Assembly (NCBI GenBank): GCA_036172245.1
Contig: JAYWIR010000005.1
Location: forward strand, 4,402,001 to 4,466,000
Length of the DNA stretch: 64,000 nucleotides
DNA from: Raillietiella orientalis
Lineage: Eukaryota
Direction of reading: 5' to 3'
The notes under the pieces are model-generated. The model searched no databases. It saw nothing but the letters and a program-made list of their open reading frames with translations, and was not told where the DNA came from. Each line of letters begins with the position of its first letter. Position 1 is the first letter of the stretch. Shown in pieces: positions 1 through 12,236 of this stretch. A program made the position numbers and the translations under genes.

Positions 1-1173
1 AGGTTCCCTTCTGGGTTCCCCTTCGGAACAACCAGGGTGGGAGGTGCGATCCCCCCGTCCGGGGGGATCCCTCCCCAAGCGTGAGAGGAACGGACTTCGA
101 GCCTTTCCTGGATTCATAGGGTGGACTCCCACTTCCGGGGTGCCCCTATTTTGAAGAATTACACGCACCCTCTGCGGGTGGCGTGGAGCAGTGTTGAAGA
201 GTCACGTGCGCCGCGAGGCACGCGACCGGCTCTTGAGGTACTCGGCGAACCAAAAAAAAGAAAATCCGAAAAAAAGCTGGGAGGAAAAAACAGCGAAGAT
301 AGAAGAAAGAAAAACCCAAAGGATTTCCATCATCACCGGAAAGAGTAAGAAAGAGGTTTCCTTCAGGGTTCCCTCTCAATTGCAGGAGGAACAAACTCCT
401 TCCTCCGAAGTCCTTCCTGAATTCACAGGGTAATCTCAACGGCATTGCCCCAACTTGGCTTTCCAGCTGTAACAGGATCTCAAACATCTTTCTGTCCATT
501 CTGTGGACATGCTCACTGACCAATGCCTTTTCTTGTTCCCAGATTGCCACTCCTCTAGGCAGTGGGTGCTGAACTCCTCCGGGGGGTGGGGCTGAACCCT
601 TGTCTTTCTTGACAGCAAGGCCGTTTTCGATTTTTCCGACCAAGTGCTTTGGGACACAAAGGAGAAGCAGCTGCGACGACCAAAGTTTTCTTGCTTGCAT
701 CTCGAATTCGCGGCGGAATTCCGATCGATCCTATCCGGTCCTCCCGCTACCTATAGGAATTAACAACAACAAAAAAAAAAAAAAAAAACGAGGAATTCTG
801 AAAAAATTACTCAGGAAGGGGAAAACCGGAAGGAACGAGGGTGCTGAGTCGGAAATGTTCGGATGCGGTCGGATGAGGGAGAATCATTATAGTTTCGTAA
901 AACGCACCCCAGAGCCGTTCGGCTGCTGTGAGTCATTGCGGCATGTGAAAGAGGTTTCGCACATGTTCATCATCAGGGGAAGATGGGCAGCGAGAATTCC
1001 CGCTTAACTGTCTTCACGGAAGTTCTCTCTCCAGAAAGTTCCTCCAAAGACGCGCGCTCCGCACTGCCTACAACTGGGCTGTCCGCTGAGACAGCCTGAA
1101 GCGTCTGAGGGTCTTCGAAAACCCGAGCCCTCTTTCCCGGGACCCACAGAAGGCAAGTAGGTCATCATCGCCA

Positions 1174-1773
1174 TCAGCCAAGCAAGTGACCATCTGCTGT
1201 TCGGCTGCAGTCTGCTTCTTCGATGAATTCCAAGAGAAGGATTATGAAGCTCGCTCCTTCCTCGACTCTTACTGCGGCTTCGATGAGAGCCGTGGCACGT
1301 GACCCCCCCCCCTCCACTGTAAATAGAAATCCAAGAGGAATGGAGGACTCCAGTGAATCAGGACTCTTTCACTAAGGTAGCACGTTAGAAACTTCGGAGA
1401 TGGAACTCCCTAGGCTTGGCATCCGATTCTGCTCCCGATGAATCAGGGGGACGACCGACCTAAAGCAGGTTTTCGATTCCCATCAATATGGTACACCAAT
1501 GCACACAAGGGAGGACGGTGGTCTCAGCAATCCTTACGGTTTCTGTAGGCCAGTCAATCCTATCCAATCATCGACCAATCCGACCTCGTCCGACCAATCA
1601 TCAGTTCCTGGTGGTAGCAGCAGCATCTCGTGCAGGGAGAGCTCAAGAGGCAGTACCAGCGCTTCGCCAGGAAGGTGGTCCATCTGGTGCACCCAAAAGA
1701 TGTTCCTACTGGACTGCATCACAGAGCTGACGACAAGCTTCCTCATCTGGTCCACTCCACCACGCAGGTCCAA
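1174..1773 (-). pseudogene. Decayed ankyrin-repeat-like coding relic
   Basis: 1296->1174 reads ATALIEAAVRVEEGASFIILLLEFIEEADCSRTADGHLLG* (TAL.EAA...LLE..AD....DG); LLLPPGTD...GLTGLQ upstream; stops and frameshifts. Confidence 0.35.
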
Positions 1774-4700
1774 GTGATCTCGAGTTCCTGCAGAGCTTCA
1801 TCGTTTCGGGACCGAGCCGGTAAACCAGGGATTGATGGGAGTCCCGGATTCCGGAAGAGGAGAGACATTTCCCTGCTTACCTACTCTCGCGAACCCTGCT
1901 GTCGTAACTTCGAAAGGACAGCCGACCGACCTCGACAATGGAAATCCGATTATTCTTTCGCAGGACGAGGTCCGGATACGTAGCGACGGATCCAGGCCCG
2001 GAGATGCACATTCTTTCAGACGCCGACGGGCAGCTGTCAGCTTCCACTCACTCGCGTCCATCAGAAGCGCACGATTCAAGGTGTCCGTGAACAGCGAGTC
2101 GTGCCCGACACTCTCAAGTTTCCCCAGGCTGATGACCAGCCGAAGACCAGAACTTCGTGTTTTAGCACCTTGCTCTTTTCCGTTTCCTCATCATTTGCGT
2201 CACTTCCTCACAGTCAAAGTGCCTCTTCGCTCCCCCTCATTCCCTACTTTGGAAGGAGGAGTCTATCAGTGGGAGGAACGCAGACGCCTCTTCGTGAAGG
2301 TGCTGTGAAAGTTAAAATGAGCTCGGGCTTTCGAGAGGTCGAGCCGCCTGGGCGCTCGAGACAGAAGCAACTGCGTTTGGTCAGACCGTCCACAACGCCG
2401 TCCAGCTTTCAGAGAATCAACAGAGAAAGCAGCAGAGGGTCTATTTGATTACTCATTCTGGTCTGCTTCCCATGAGGGAGGTAACGAAGAAATGGCAGGA
2501 TACCACCGTCAACCGGTGGCTGGGACATGCTCAGGAGAGTCCGGTCTGTCATCTGCCGAACGCTGAGCTTCTTTCTGGAAGCTGCAGATTCAGCTTCAGA
2601 GTGTGTCCTTTGTGCGTATCGGGAAGGTGACAACACTTTCTGCGCCCGCCTCCCGAGAAGCTGGGGACCGATGGGTTTCCGCTGGGTGATCCCAATGTCT
2701 CTTCACTCATGGGAACTTCATTTTCCGTTTCATTTGGGAGGAAAACAGCACCACCGAAAACGCATGCACTCCTTCCGTGTGGTTTTTCCTTCGTCTTTGC
2801 CAACGAGGAGGCTTCAAAGCTTCGCCGTCGACAGCGTACGACCCATTAGGCGCCCTCGCTTCCGTTTTCCAGGGCTGCCGCGTTGTTTGCTCGTGCCCGC
2901 TCTCATAGCAACCAGGTCCAAACTACAAGAAAACAACCCTGTTCCTCGGAAGGTTTTTAATCAATCACTTTTACGATTTCCACAGCGGAGGAAGGAAACC
3001 TCCGCGTTCAACGCCGCGCCCACAGTCCTCATCTCCCTGAGCACGAAGGCTTTGCTTTACTCCTGGTCGACTTTATTGCCCAGAATTCTTGTGCATTCAG
3101 CAAGTTTATCTCGTCGACTTGTGAAATTGATCCAGGATCGAGACAATTTTCCTTGCGATACTCCTCCTCCGACTTGAGAACCAGAGCATGTCCCAGAGTC
3201 GCAACAACTTCGGGAAAAAGCTAGGCTCTTCCCTATTGAATTTCATCGGCACACTCTTAAGAGAGAAGACTGTTCTTGCCAACAGGGCATATTCAATGCA
3301 AGATTTGGGTCCATAATCTTCGGTGGGAGCTACAAGCAGCTGGAGGGGGTTCTCCATCACCGTTCAGCTTGCTTACTTAGAGCTTCTTCCGCGGAGCGAA
3401 TCCATTAAAATGGGCTTGGTTGGGCTGGCGATCCGTCCCCAGCCTCCAATGTACGTCTCTGAAATATTGGATGCCCGTGAGGACCATCAGCTTCCTCATG
3501 ATGTCTGCCTATCTTTTCGGGATCTTCAGCGTCCTGGGATCGCTGCCGTTTGCTGGATCCCACGATCCCAAAGATTCCAGGGACAACCCTGCCTGCAGGC
3601 TGTACTCCTTTCAAGGCGAAATAGAGGATTCTCCCCCCCCCCCATTCTGCTCTCGTCTTCCGAAGACTTGGCGAAGTATGGGTGTACCACGTCTGGGACG
3701 GTAACTGATCCTTCTCCATGGGGCACCAAATCTGATGTCAGGCTTGAGTCTGTTCCCGAGATGTGATGTTTGGAAGGCATCAGTCCCTCTTGTTTGAGAG
3801 CAGTTTGCTAAATCTGTTCCGCTGTTCCATTACATCGCTCAATGGTCACACTGCCGTGGCTATTGCGGTCGTTTAAGGGAGGACTGCTCCCATGCTCCAC
3901 GCCTGCACACACGAGTCAGGCATCTGGCAAGCTGTGCCAGTGCAGGCAGAAGGTCCAGTATAGCCTCAAGCAAAAACACACACCTCGCAAACCTGAGGTC
4001 TTTTCCGTCGAAATGAAAAATGCTGTCCAACGCGCCGCCGTTCTTACACAAATGGTTCCTCCACTGACCTAGATGGAAGGATCTCCATGCTTCCTTGAGG
4101 TTGATCGCACGTTCCTGCCAGTGACCTCTCCAGCCACTGATTCTCTCTTCAGCCGCGAAAAGGGTAGTGGGATCGCACAGCTTCTTCTCCGAGCTCGTCC
4201 TTCCTTGGAGCTCTATTTTTCGCCAGCACATGGAAAAGAAGGAGGCAGCAAAAGATACGCTTTGCAACTTTGCTGATGTATGCTGAGGTTTCAGGACGCG
4301 CAAACAACTTGTCTACCAGATCAGTCTGTTTTTCTTGGGTTTCCATTTGAAAATCGGTGGTGCTGTGGCGAAGAACAGGAATTTCCATTCAGGTAGGTTT
4401 CACAAGAATTCCGTTCCTTCCCAGCTTCTTGTTCTCAAGGAGAGAGGCACGGATGGTTCTCTCTGTGCTTTCGTCACGCTCCCTGTGCAATGTCTGCAGA
4501 AGAACACGAACTCTTCCCGAAATGACCAGAAGAAAGCCAGAAGATTCTTGTCCACGGTTTTCCTTTCCAGAAACAGCCGAACTGGTCTCAGAGTTCGCTG
4601 TGGCTGCTTGCAGGTGCGTACCGCGTCGCGGATCTGTGCTCCCACCTTCCAGAGAAGATCGGCGAATCGGGTCTTCCCGTGGGAGGATCTCGTTCGTGGG

Positions 4701-5909
4701 TCCGGGGATTTGCTATCAGCAAGACGCAAAGCGCTCTGCGGCAGCAGCCAACTGGTGGTGGGCTCGACTGCCTAGTGCCAAGGAACGTGACCTTGCTATC
4801 CCTTTTGCCACGCCCCCTATTGCATCCATCATTCCGGGAGACTGTCTCGGGACGTGGAAGAGCACGTCACCGACCAGGCTCGCTCGCAAGCTGCCATCTG
4901 TTGCCTGTAAATCTCTCTCCTTGGAAACAAAACCACAGTTAGCTGCTGCTGCATTCGTTCGCTCTTGGGAAAACTCTCATGGTTTACTTGCAGGGGCTCT
5001 CATCTCCTACGCTTCCTTGCGACCGTATCCATCATCCTCAGCGCGAAACGCTTTTGACTTTCCTCAAATCAATGATCTGGAAGGAAAGGAATTCTTGGCT
5101 TGATATTCTGGACAGATCCTTTTGCAACTGTCCGTTTCTTGGCTCCTCTTCCATGGCATCCGGTTGCGATTCCCTGACCACTAATTGGACCTCAAGTCGA
5201 AGGTACCCTCAAACGCATCCCTGGATTCCAGGAAAGCGAGAGTGTCCACTTCTGCAGCGAGATGCCACCCTCTGAAAACATCCTCCATCCTCCTCGCACA
5301 GCATTTCGATAGTTTCAGTTTGTTCTTCGAGTGTGTTCTTGATGCTTGCCTCCGCGCGTGACCTCGGGCGTTGGGAAGCGCATGAAGACCACTCTCGAAG
5401 GAAAAGATCCGCATCCTTTTCATTCCTGCTGCATCCCTGCGCCAACTGATGCTTGACTTACCAGCATAATTCCAGCCTCCGTCAGCCTTCTACAGCTCCA
5501 CGAGGATCCCCCTTGAGGGAAGGGCTTTCACCTTCGCGGTTTCAGCCCAAGCCCCCTCTTCAGCACCCATGGAATCTGCCATTCTGCCACTCCTCCCTTG
5601 ATTTGGGAGGTGGCGATGGGGACTCAGGGGAGCGAGCTGGACCTCGCGGCCACGTGGCCTCCCGCGGTAGCAGCGCGCGCGCGTTGAGGAGAGGCGACCC
5701 GCGGATGCACTGCCCTCGCGCGCGCGCACCAGGACGCGCGCTCTCTGCGGGGTGAAGACAGCACCCTCGCTCGGGAAAGAGGGGGGCACCGGGCATCCTT
5801 CTTCTCGCTGCCCAGCTTTCAGGACTGCTGAGCTGGCGCGCAAGAGCCCCTCCTCTTCCCTCCGTCAGCCCGGCACTTGCGGTCCTCCGCTTACCGAAGT
5901 GTCCCCGGC

Positions 5910-6555
5910 CAGCGAAAGAATCGGGAGGATTCCTTTTTTCTCGGCAGCTTTCGTCCCTTCGTCGTCTCCGCTGGCGGAGGGTTTGCCCGCCGCGGGTTCT
6001 CGAGAGCGCGGGTCCGGGGCCGGTCCCTGGTTGAGAGGGAGCCACTTTGCCCCCACTCGCTTGACCGCCGGCGCGGTGCGGGGCTCGCGGGGCCGCCGGT
6101 AGGCGAGACGTCACTGGCTGGCGGCGACTCTGCCGGCTGGAATGCCCTCCCACCAGCAGGACGTCCCGGCCGGCGGGTGCGCCGGCTGCGGTGGGTGGGG
6201 GACCACCTACGCCCTGAGGATTGTCTCTCTCCGCCTCGAACACCGAGAGTCCGCTGTCCTTGACACAGCGCTTGTCAAGGGCAGCGCTTGCGAAAGCATC
6301 CCTGGAACCTTGGGATGAAGCGTCGAGGGCACCTTCGGTTTCCTGGAAGCGGGCGGGTCACGCCAGGGAAGTCTGGCGGACCGGGAACGGGTGAAGAGTC
6401 GAGAGGAGCGGCCGGCCGGGATCCGCCGCTGCTGCGGGCGCGGCGAGCATCCCGACGACTCGTCGACGGCGACCGCGCGGACGCGCACGCGGACTGCTGC
6501 TCCTCGGTGGAGGAGGTCAGCAGCACGTGGTCGCCACTTCTTCTCGCTTCCCCGT
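5910..6555 (+). pseudogene. Decayed ankyrin-repeat-like relic
   Basis: GRIPFFSAAFVPSSSPLAEGLPAAG (~5920-6000) and RASRRLVDGDRADA...STWSPLLLAS (~6440-6551), in different ORFs. Confidence 0.3.
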
Positions 6556-7980
6556 CCCGCGCTCGCGCTGCCTCTGTGAGCTGGAGCGGGCAGCGCTCGC
6601 ATCCCCGTCACGACGGCGCCGTCGTCCGAGAGGCCCGACGCCGCCGGGAATGCTCAGCAGGAGAGGAGGGGGCAGAGGCGAAGGGGCGCTCGAGGGGAGA
6701 TGCGGGCGATCCGGGTGCCGCCCACTCCGTGCCTCCAGGCCGAGGTCGCCCGTTCCCGCAGAGCCAGGAGGCCAGGGCGCGAGAAACGCAAGACGAGAGA
6801 GCCTTCGACGGCTTCGCGAGAGGAGCTGCAGATCCGCGGGTCGGCTCCGCCCTCGGGCGCACGGAGTCCGTCGCCGCTTCGCGCGACTGCCACCGACGAC
6901 GTGTGCCTGATGGGAGGCGGGAGTTCCGCTTCCCCCTCTGTCCCGAGACGGGAGTTCGAGCTCGGTGGGTCGCCATGCTGGTGGAAGCCGTTGCGTGAGG
7001 TGCCGTTGCCGTGGCGCCCTGCTTCCGGGACCTCGTGGGCGCCGGTGCAAAGGACGGCCCCGCCGGACCGCAGCTGCTCCCCTCCTCGTCTTGGGAACAG
7101 CACCAAGGAACCCTGGCAGCTTCCGTTTCCTTTTTTTTCTTTCTTTGTTTCCCCCCCTGCAGAGTCCTTCCACAGCCGAAGCCAAAGGAACTCGGCGATG
7201 CTCCGCTTCCCTCCTTTTCCTCCTGCTCTTGCTCTTCCCCTCCCCTTTCCCTCCCATCAGAGGAATCCCTTTTGCCAGCCCGCAGTGCATCCGGGAGAAT
7301 GACGCCGTAAATAATCACTTGAATCACAATACGGTGAACCATGAACTCCTACCCTCGGAAACGGTACAAAAATAGGATGCGAAAGGATCCTTCCAAATCA
7401 TGAATCTTGCTTTCGTCGGGAACTTCGCCACCATAGGAGACGAAATCTCATCCCACGCGATTGAGGATAAACGAAGCAGATCCTGTCTTTCGCGCTTTGG
7501 AAGGAAAGCCGTGCGAGCAGCCCTGAATGAGGTGTCGGGCGGCTTCGCTTGCCGTTCTGTTCGTCGTTTCCGCGCGGGGCATTTCGGCTAGGGCAAGGAG
7601 GCTTGTGCGGGGTAGGCAGGGGGGGGGAGGGGTAGGCAGGCTGAAACGCTGAGCGGCCGCCAAAGGGAGGGAGGAAGAGGCGCATCTCTCCCTGTTTCCT
7701 TCGGGACCTCCCAGATATGCCTTTGCAACCGCTGAGGACCTTGAATGCTGCCGGAGAACGCGGGGGATCCCTTCCGAGGGAGTGAAGCAGTCGAAGGCTC
7801 TCCTCGACGGCTGAAATCCGGCGGCCGAGCCTTCCACCCGGTTGGGCAGGGGAGCGCTCGTATCGGAAAGGAAAAGAAATGTGCAAAAGAAACGTGGCTG
7901 GACACGTCGTCCTGCCACGTCCATTCAGGCGGATCCTGTCAGGAAGCCGCTCAGACTGCGAGGTTCGCCTCGGCAGCAGA

Positions 7981-8050
7981 GGAAAAAGGATAAACGAAAA
8001 ATGAAAATAAATAAATAAAATAAATAAAGAAAGGTTGAATACAAAAATTT
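7981..8050 (+). repeat. A-rich/(AAAT)n tract in GC-rich DNA
   Basis: aaaataaataaataaaataaataaag; possible decayed poly(A) tail or minus-strand intronic pyrimidine tract. Confidence 0.7.
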
Positions 8051-8099
8051 TCTGAAGGAGATCGGGAAGGGACCACTGCCTGCTGGCGGGGCGTCCTCT

Positions 8100-8431
8100 G
8101 CATCCTTTCCAGGATGCCAGCAAGTTCTTTCTGTATAGCGTTCGGATGGAGCCATCTTGTGGCAGTCTTCAGGAAGCGGACTGCGAATTGGATAGCATCT
8201 CTGCCGCTGTCGCCTCTGGATGGCGCTCCAGGCAGCTGCAATCCCGCGCAGGCAGCAAAGTGCTGCCAGGGACGCGGCTGGCGCAAAGAGGCGCTTTAGA
8301 ACGTCTCTAGAGGCGCTCATGGGGGATCCGAAGGGTCGCAGTAAAGCTTTCCCATAGGGGTCGGAGGGCAGCACAGTCCACAAGCAGGTGCTCTTTCGTT
8401 CCTCGCACCTGCCACAGTTCGGGTTCACCCC
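8100..8431 (-). pseudogene. Decayed ankyrin-repeat-like relic
   Basis: GVNPNCGRCEERKSTCLWTV, DPYGKALL, ERTCWH within ORF 7925..8428. Confidence 0.25.
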
Positions 8432-10039
8432 TGCCCCTCCTCTTCCCCCTTTTTCCGTGTCCAGTGATGTCGGCGAGCGTTGCGCAGAAGCCCCAATGCA
8501 ACCGTAGGATCGCCGACTCCTGCGGCTTCAAAGGGAGGGTGTGGCTGCTCCTCCTCACTAGGGGTCGCTTGAGGTCTTCGGATGGAATCCCTAGCGGCTC
8601 TCCCCGGCGCAGGAGTCCTTTCGGAGGGGCACTTGGCGTCATAGCGTCCGCGAGCTAGTCCGTGATCCGACCACCTGGCTCTTTTCTCCTGGAGTTCACT
8701 TTGCAGACGTCTCCCTTTGTCGTTAGATTCAAGCATTCGGGAGAATACATGTCCTCTGGATCTTTTAGGACAGTGAAACAAAAATGCACTTCCGACGGTG
8801 GACGGTGCGGGTTCAGCTCCAGCATGCACATACTCCAACCCAGAGAGACCCGTCATTCCCTCATCAAGAAGCACTCAGCTCAGGGCGAGCTATTTCTTGC
8901 ACTAGGCAGCATCTTCCCCTTCAGCCATTTCTTTTATGCTAGACATCGCCTGTGGAACTCCAATGACTGCTTCGTGCATGCAGCTCCATTCCATCCACTG
9001 CCTGCTGGAGTGATGCTTCCAAGAAGCGCTGTGTATTGGGTGCTCGAGTCGGTGGAGTTCTCAGACCCACATTCTCAATGGTTGAGTGCTCCCGTTCCCG
9101 GCTCACCATACCGTGAGGTAGGGGGATGTCTGGAGACTCCAGCTCGGAGCCGCACTACTCTACGTTGAGTGAGGAATTCCAACTTCGTCATTAAGAAGCA
9201 TAACACCGTCTGGCCAGTTTCACTGAGGCCCAGCACAAGAAAAATGGCAGCCGGTAGCCTCAAGGCAACTTGGTGGGGCGATGCACGAAGGTCTCAGGAG
9301 GGAGCAGCTGGTGTAGCAGGAATGCAGCAGTCGCTGCTGTGACTCCGGGTTCGCGCCGTTGTATTTCGCCCACGAGCTAACGGTCTCTCGTGAACCGGGA
9401 ACTACCGTTCGCGGGGTGACAGAAGATCCAGCAGTTCTCTCTGGTCAGGTCGGCCACCCGCAGGAGCTGGAGTCCATAGTTGGCCACGTCGAGGAGGCAG
9501 CCTGCAAGAAAGGAAGGAAGTCCCTCGCACCTTGCGGCTTTCCTGACCGGTAGGCGTGCAGGTGCGCATCAGTCGTTGTTTTCTACCTGCGCCATGAGGG
9601 ATAAAGTTCTCCACTGGAGCTGACGCTCCAGACACTCCAGCGTCAGAAGGTCGAGACTGCCGTCCCGACGCGGAGTGCACAGGTCCTTCAGGCGGATTAG
9701 GGACCTCCTTGTACCCCCAAGGGTTTTTCTCGCAGGAGGTCTTCCTCGGTCCGCTTTTTCACTTGTCAGTGGTAGTGAGGAGGAAGGGAGATAAGAACGA
9801 AAAGCAAGGGGTGGAGGAAGGAAGGGTTGCAAACGTGTCCCACATCATGGCCCGTTCCGGCAAGCAAACCTTGCCCTCTTGGAACGGACCGAGCGCCTGT
9901 CTGCAGTCTGAAGACTCTGAAAGCAGTCGAACGGAGGGCGCTGACTGCCGAAAGCAGGGCGAAGCGGAACCGGAAATCTGCATCTTCCCGGCAGCTACGC
10001 CGGGAGGTCGACGAGAGGCGCACGCACTCGCTCAGGGGA

Positions 10040-10640
10040 CGCTGCGCGTCGCGCACGGCGCTGCTGCACGCAGGCATGTGCATTTTAGAGGTCGTGGGGC
10101 TCCGAGTCGGGGTCTCCAGACATCACGGAATGAAAAACCGGGAACGAGGTGGCCCGTGGACATCTCTTCACTATTTCCGCTCTCGCAGAGACCATCCACA
10201 GGGGAACGTACTCGTGGGCTGAGAGACCGTGGGACCTTCTTCGACGAGGCAGTCAAAGAAGCCACAACTGTTCAAAGTGCCGGAGGAACCTTTTGAAGAG
10301 GAAGGAGAAGCTGCTTCCCTCACGGGAGCCGGCGGAGGAGCCGCATCGTTCCCTGGAGCATGAGAGTCGTGGCTTACGAGAAGCAAAGATCCCAGCAGCG
10401 GCAGAAGGGGTCTATGTCAGCAGAGAAGACAGCGATAGAAGTGTTCCGTTGCATCGTGCTGCAACAAGTGTCACAGAGGAGGTAGTAAAATTTCCATCAG
10501 CAGCAGATGAAACCGACGCGAGATGCAGGAGGTGATGGTGTGCAAGCGCTCCTTCGCGGAAGGGTTCTGTAATACAGCCCAAAGGGAGGCAGTAAAAATT
10601 CTGAATGAAGACAAGCAGATGCTCGGGAGGAAGGCGGTCA
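10040..10640 (+). pseudogene. Ankyrin-repeat pseudogene fragment
   Basis: 10407-10493 GVYVSREDSDRSVPLHRAATSVTEEVVKF aligns ungapped to the ANK consensus [29 protein letters not shown] at 13/29 positions; nearby frames give RTALLHA...LEVV, GPWTSLHY, REAVKIL. Confidence 0.55.
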
Positions 10641-11899
10641 CAAGAGGGCGCCTTCATACCCCACCAGCATCCAAGGGCGGGAAGATCGGGCCGCTTTGCG
10701 GGCCGAACCACTCGGGAAGGAACCACCACCGGTTAACCTGGCAGTCCCGTCCCGGTGACGCTTGCAAAGTTCCTGCCGTCCTGGGAGCGTTCCCCGCGAG
10801 ATGACGTTATGAATGCGTCGTTGAAATGAGTCCCGGAGGGTGAGAAGTTTCCTCCGAGGACATCCTTCCCCCGGGAAACCGAAATCGGGACCGGAGAAGC
10901 CTTCGGATGCCAGAAGCGACCCTCGTCTTCCCGCTGTTTCCGGATCGCTGCAGAAATGACACAACCGGCGAAGCGTCGGGAGGTGTCCTGGGTGATCCGC
11001 GGAGGAAGGGGGAGGGGGGAGAAGTCCGACCTGCGATGAGACGACCGCGGGATCCGCGAGGACAGATGACAGCTCTGGCCGAAGGTGTCGCAGGAAAAAA
11101 AAGAGGTCGCCAGATGTGACGGCGCGCTCTGGACGCACTTCAGAGAGGAGGGGGAGGAGTTCTTGGAGAGACGGGTCGACCTCGTGCCCTTGAGCGTAAT
11201 GACCTTCGAACAAACTCGAGCCGAACCCTCACTTGGCGACGTGCCAGGCAACGGCGGCGCTCCCGGTCGAAGAGAGACATCTGCAGACAGCAGTCCACCT
11301 CCTCCCGGAGGCGGCTCTGAGTCAGCATCCCTCGAGGCGTCGAAGGGCTGCGAATTTTCCATTCCTGCTCTCGCGCCGAGGACCGTCATCTTCGGCCGAC
11401 GGTTCCCGTGATGACGAGCCTCTTCGTCCGGTTGCCCCTCTTAGGAGGCGTAGGATGCTTTTGCAGCCGCTTCAGTAGCTTCCCCGGGGGGAAGGATGGA
11501 GGCCGCTGCTACAGATGACCGACCTACTGTTTGGCGTGGCTGGCACGGGTGCTAGAGCGCCTCCTCCTCGGGGCCTCGTTAGGGCCGCGTCCCGTTTCCT
11601 CAGCAACAGGAACGGAAGGGGGGGAGGAAGAACGCTGCTTGGACTCCCAAGGAAGGAGAGGACGCTTCCTGGAAACCATCCACTTGGGGCTGTTCCCGTG
11701 GATGCCTAGCCGCCCGACTTTTCCTTCAGTTGGATGCAAGAAGCCCTGGAACGGTTCCCGAGGTGGTATGAGGGCGGGAGGCGGACTTCATGTGGGTCCC
11801 TTCCCACGCTTCCCGGTGGTCTTTCCCGATGCAACTGAAGGTCCAGGAGGATCGCGTCGCAGGAGGGAGACCTTCTTTCCGTTCCCTAGCCACTCCGCT

Positions 11900-12200
11900 A
11901 GTGGAGTCGCGGCCTTGCTGGTGGTGGAAGGACGAGGGGTGGTAAGGGACCTCCTGCCTGCGAGCTCGCAGGACTGTCCCGAGGAACCTGGCCCTACCCA
12001 TCGCCTGCTGGACGCGTCTGAGACCTCAGATAAGAGGACAGCAGAGTGCCTCACCCCCCTTCACTCTAAGGGCAGCTTTCTCACACGCAGCACAGGCGGA
12101 AGGGAGGGTGCAAGATGGCCGAGCACAAGCCCTGTCTCCTTCCCAGCAAAGATGCAGAAGCCACATCGCGCGCCTCTGCACCATACGGGAACTCCTTCGG
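11900..12200 (+). pseudogene. Ankyrin-repeat pseudogene fragment
   Basis: 12002-12070 RLLDASETSDKRTAECLTPLHSK keeps the ANK register LL......D..T....TPLH; RAPLHH downstream. Confidence 0.5.
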
Positions 12201-12213
12201 AGGGTTTTTTTCT

Positions 12214-12236
12214 TCTCTCTCTCTCTCTCTCTCTCT
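12214..12236. repeat. (TC)n microsatellite
   Basis: About 11 TC units read directly. Confidence 0.9.

Noticed and set aside
600..750. TIR-like fragment on the minus strand (RDASKKTLVV / FVSQSTWS) after an acceptor-like site
   Set aside because: Needs a frameshift and matches too few residues.
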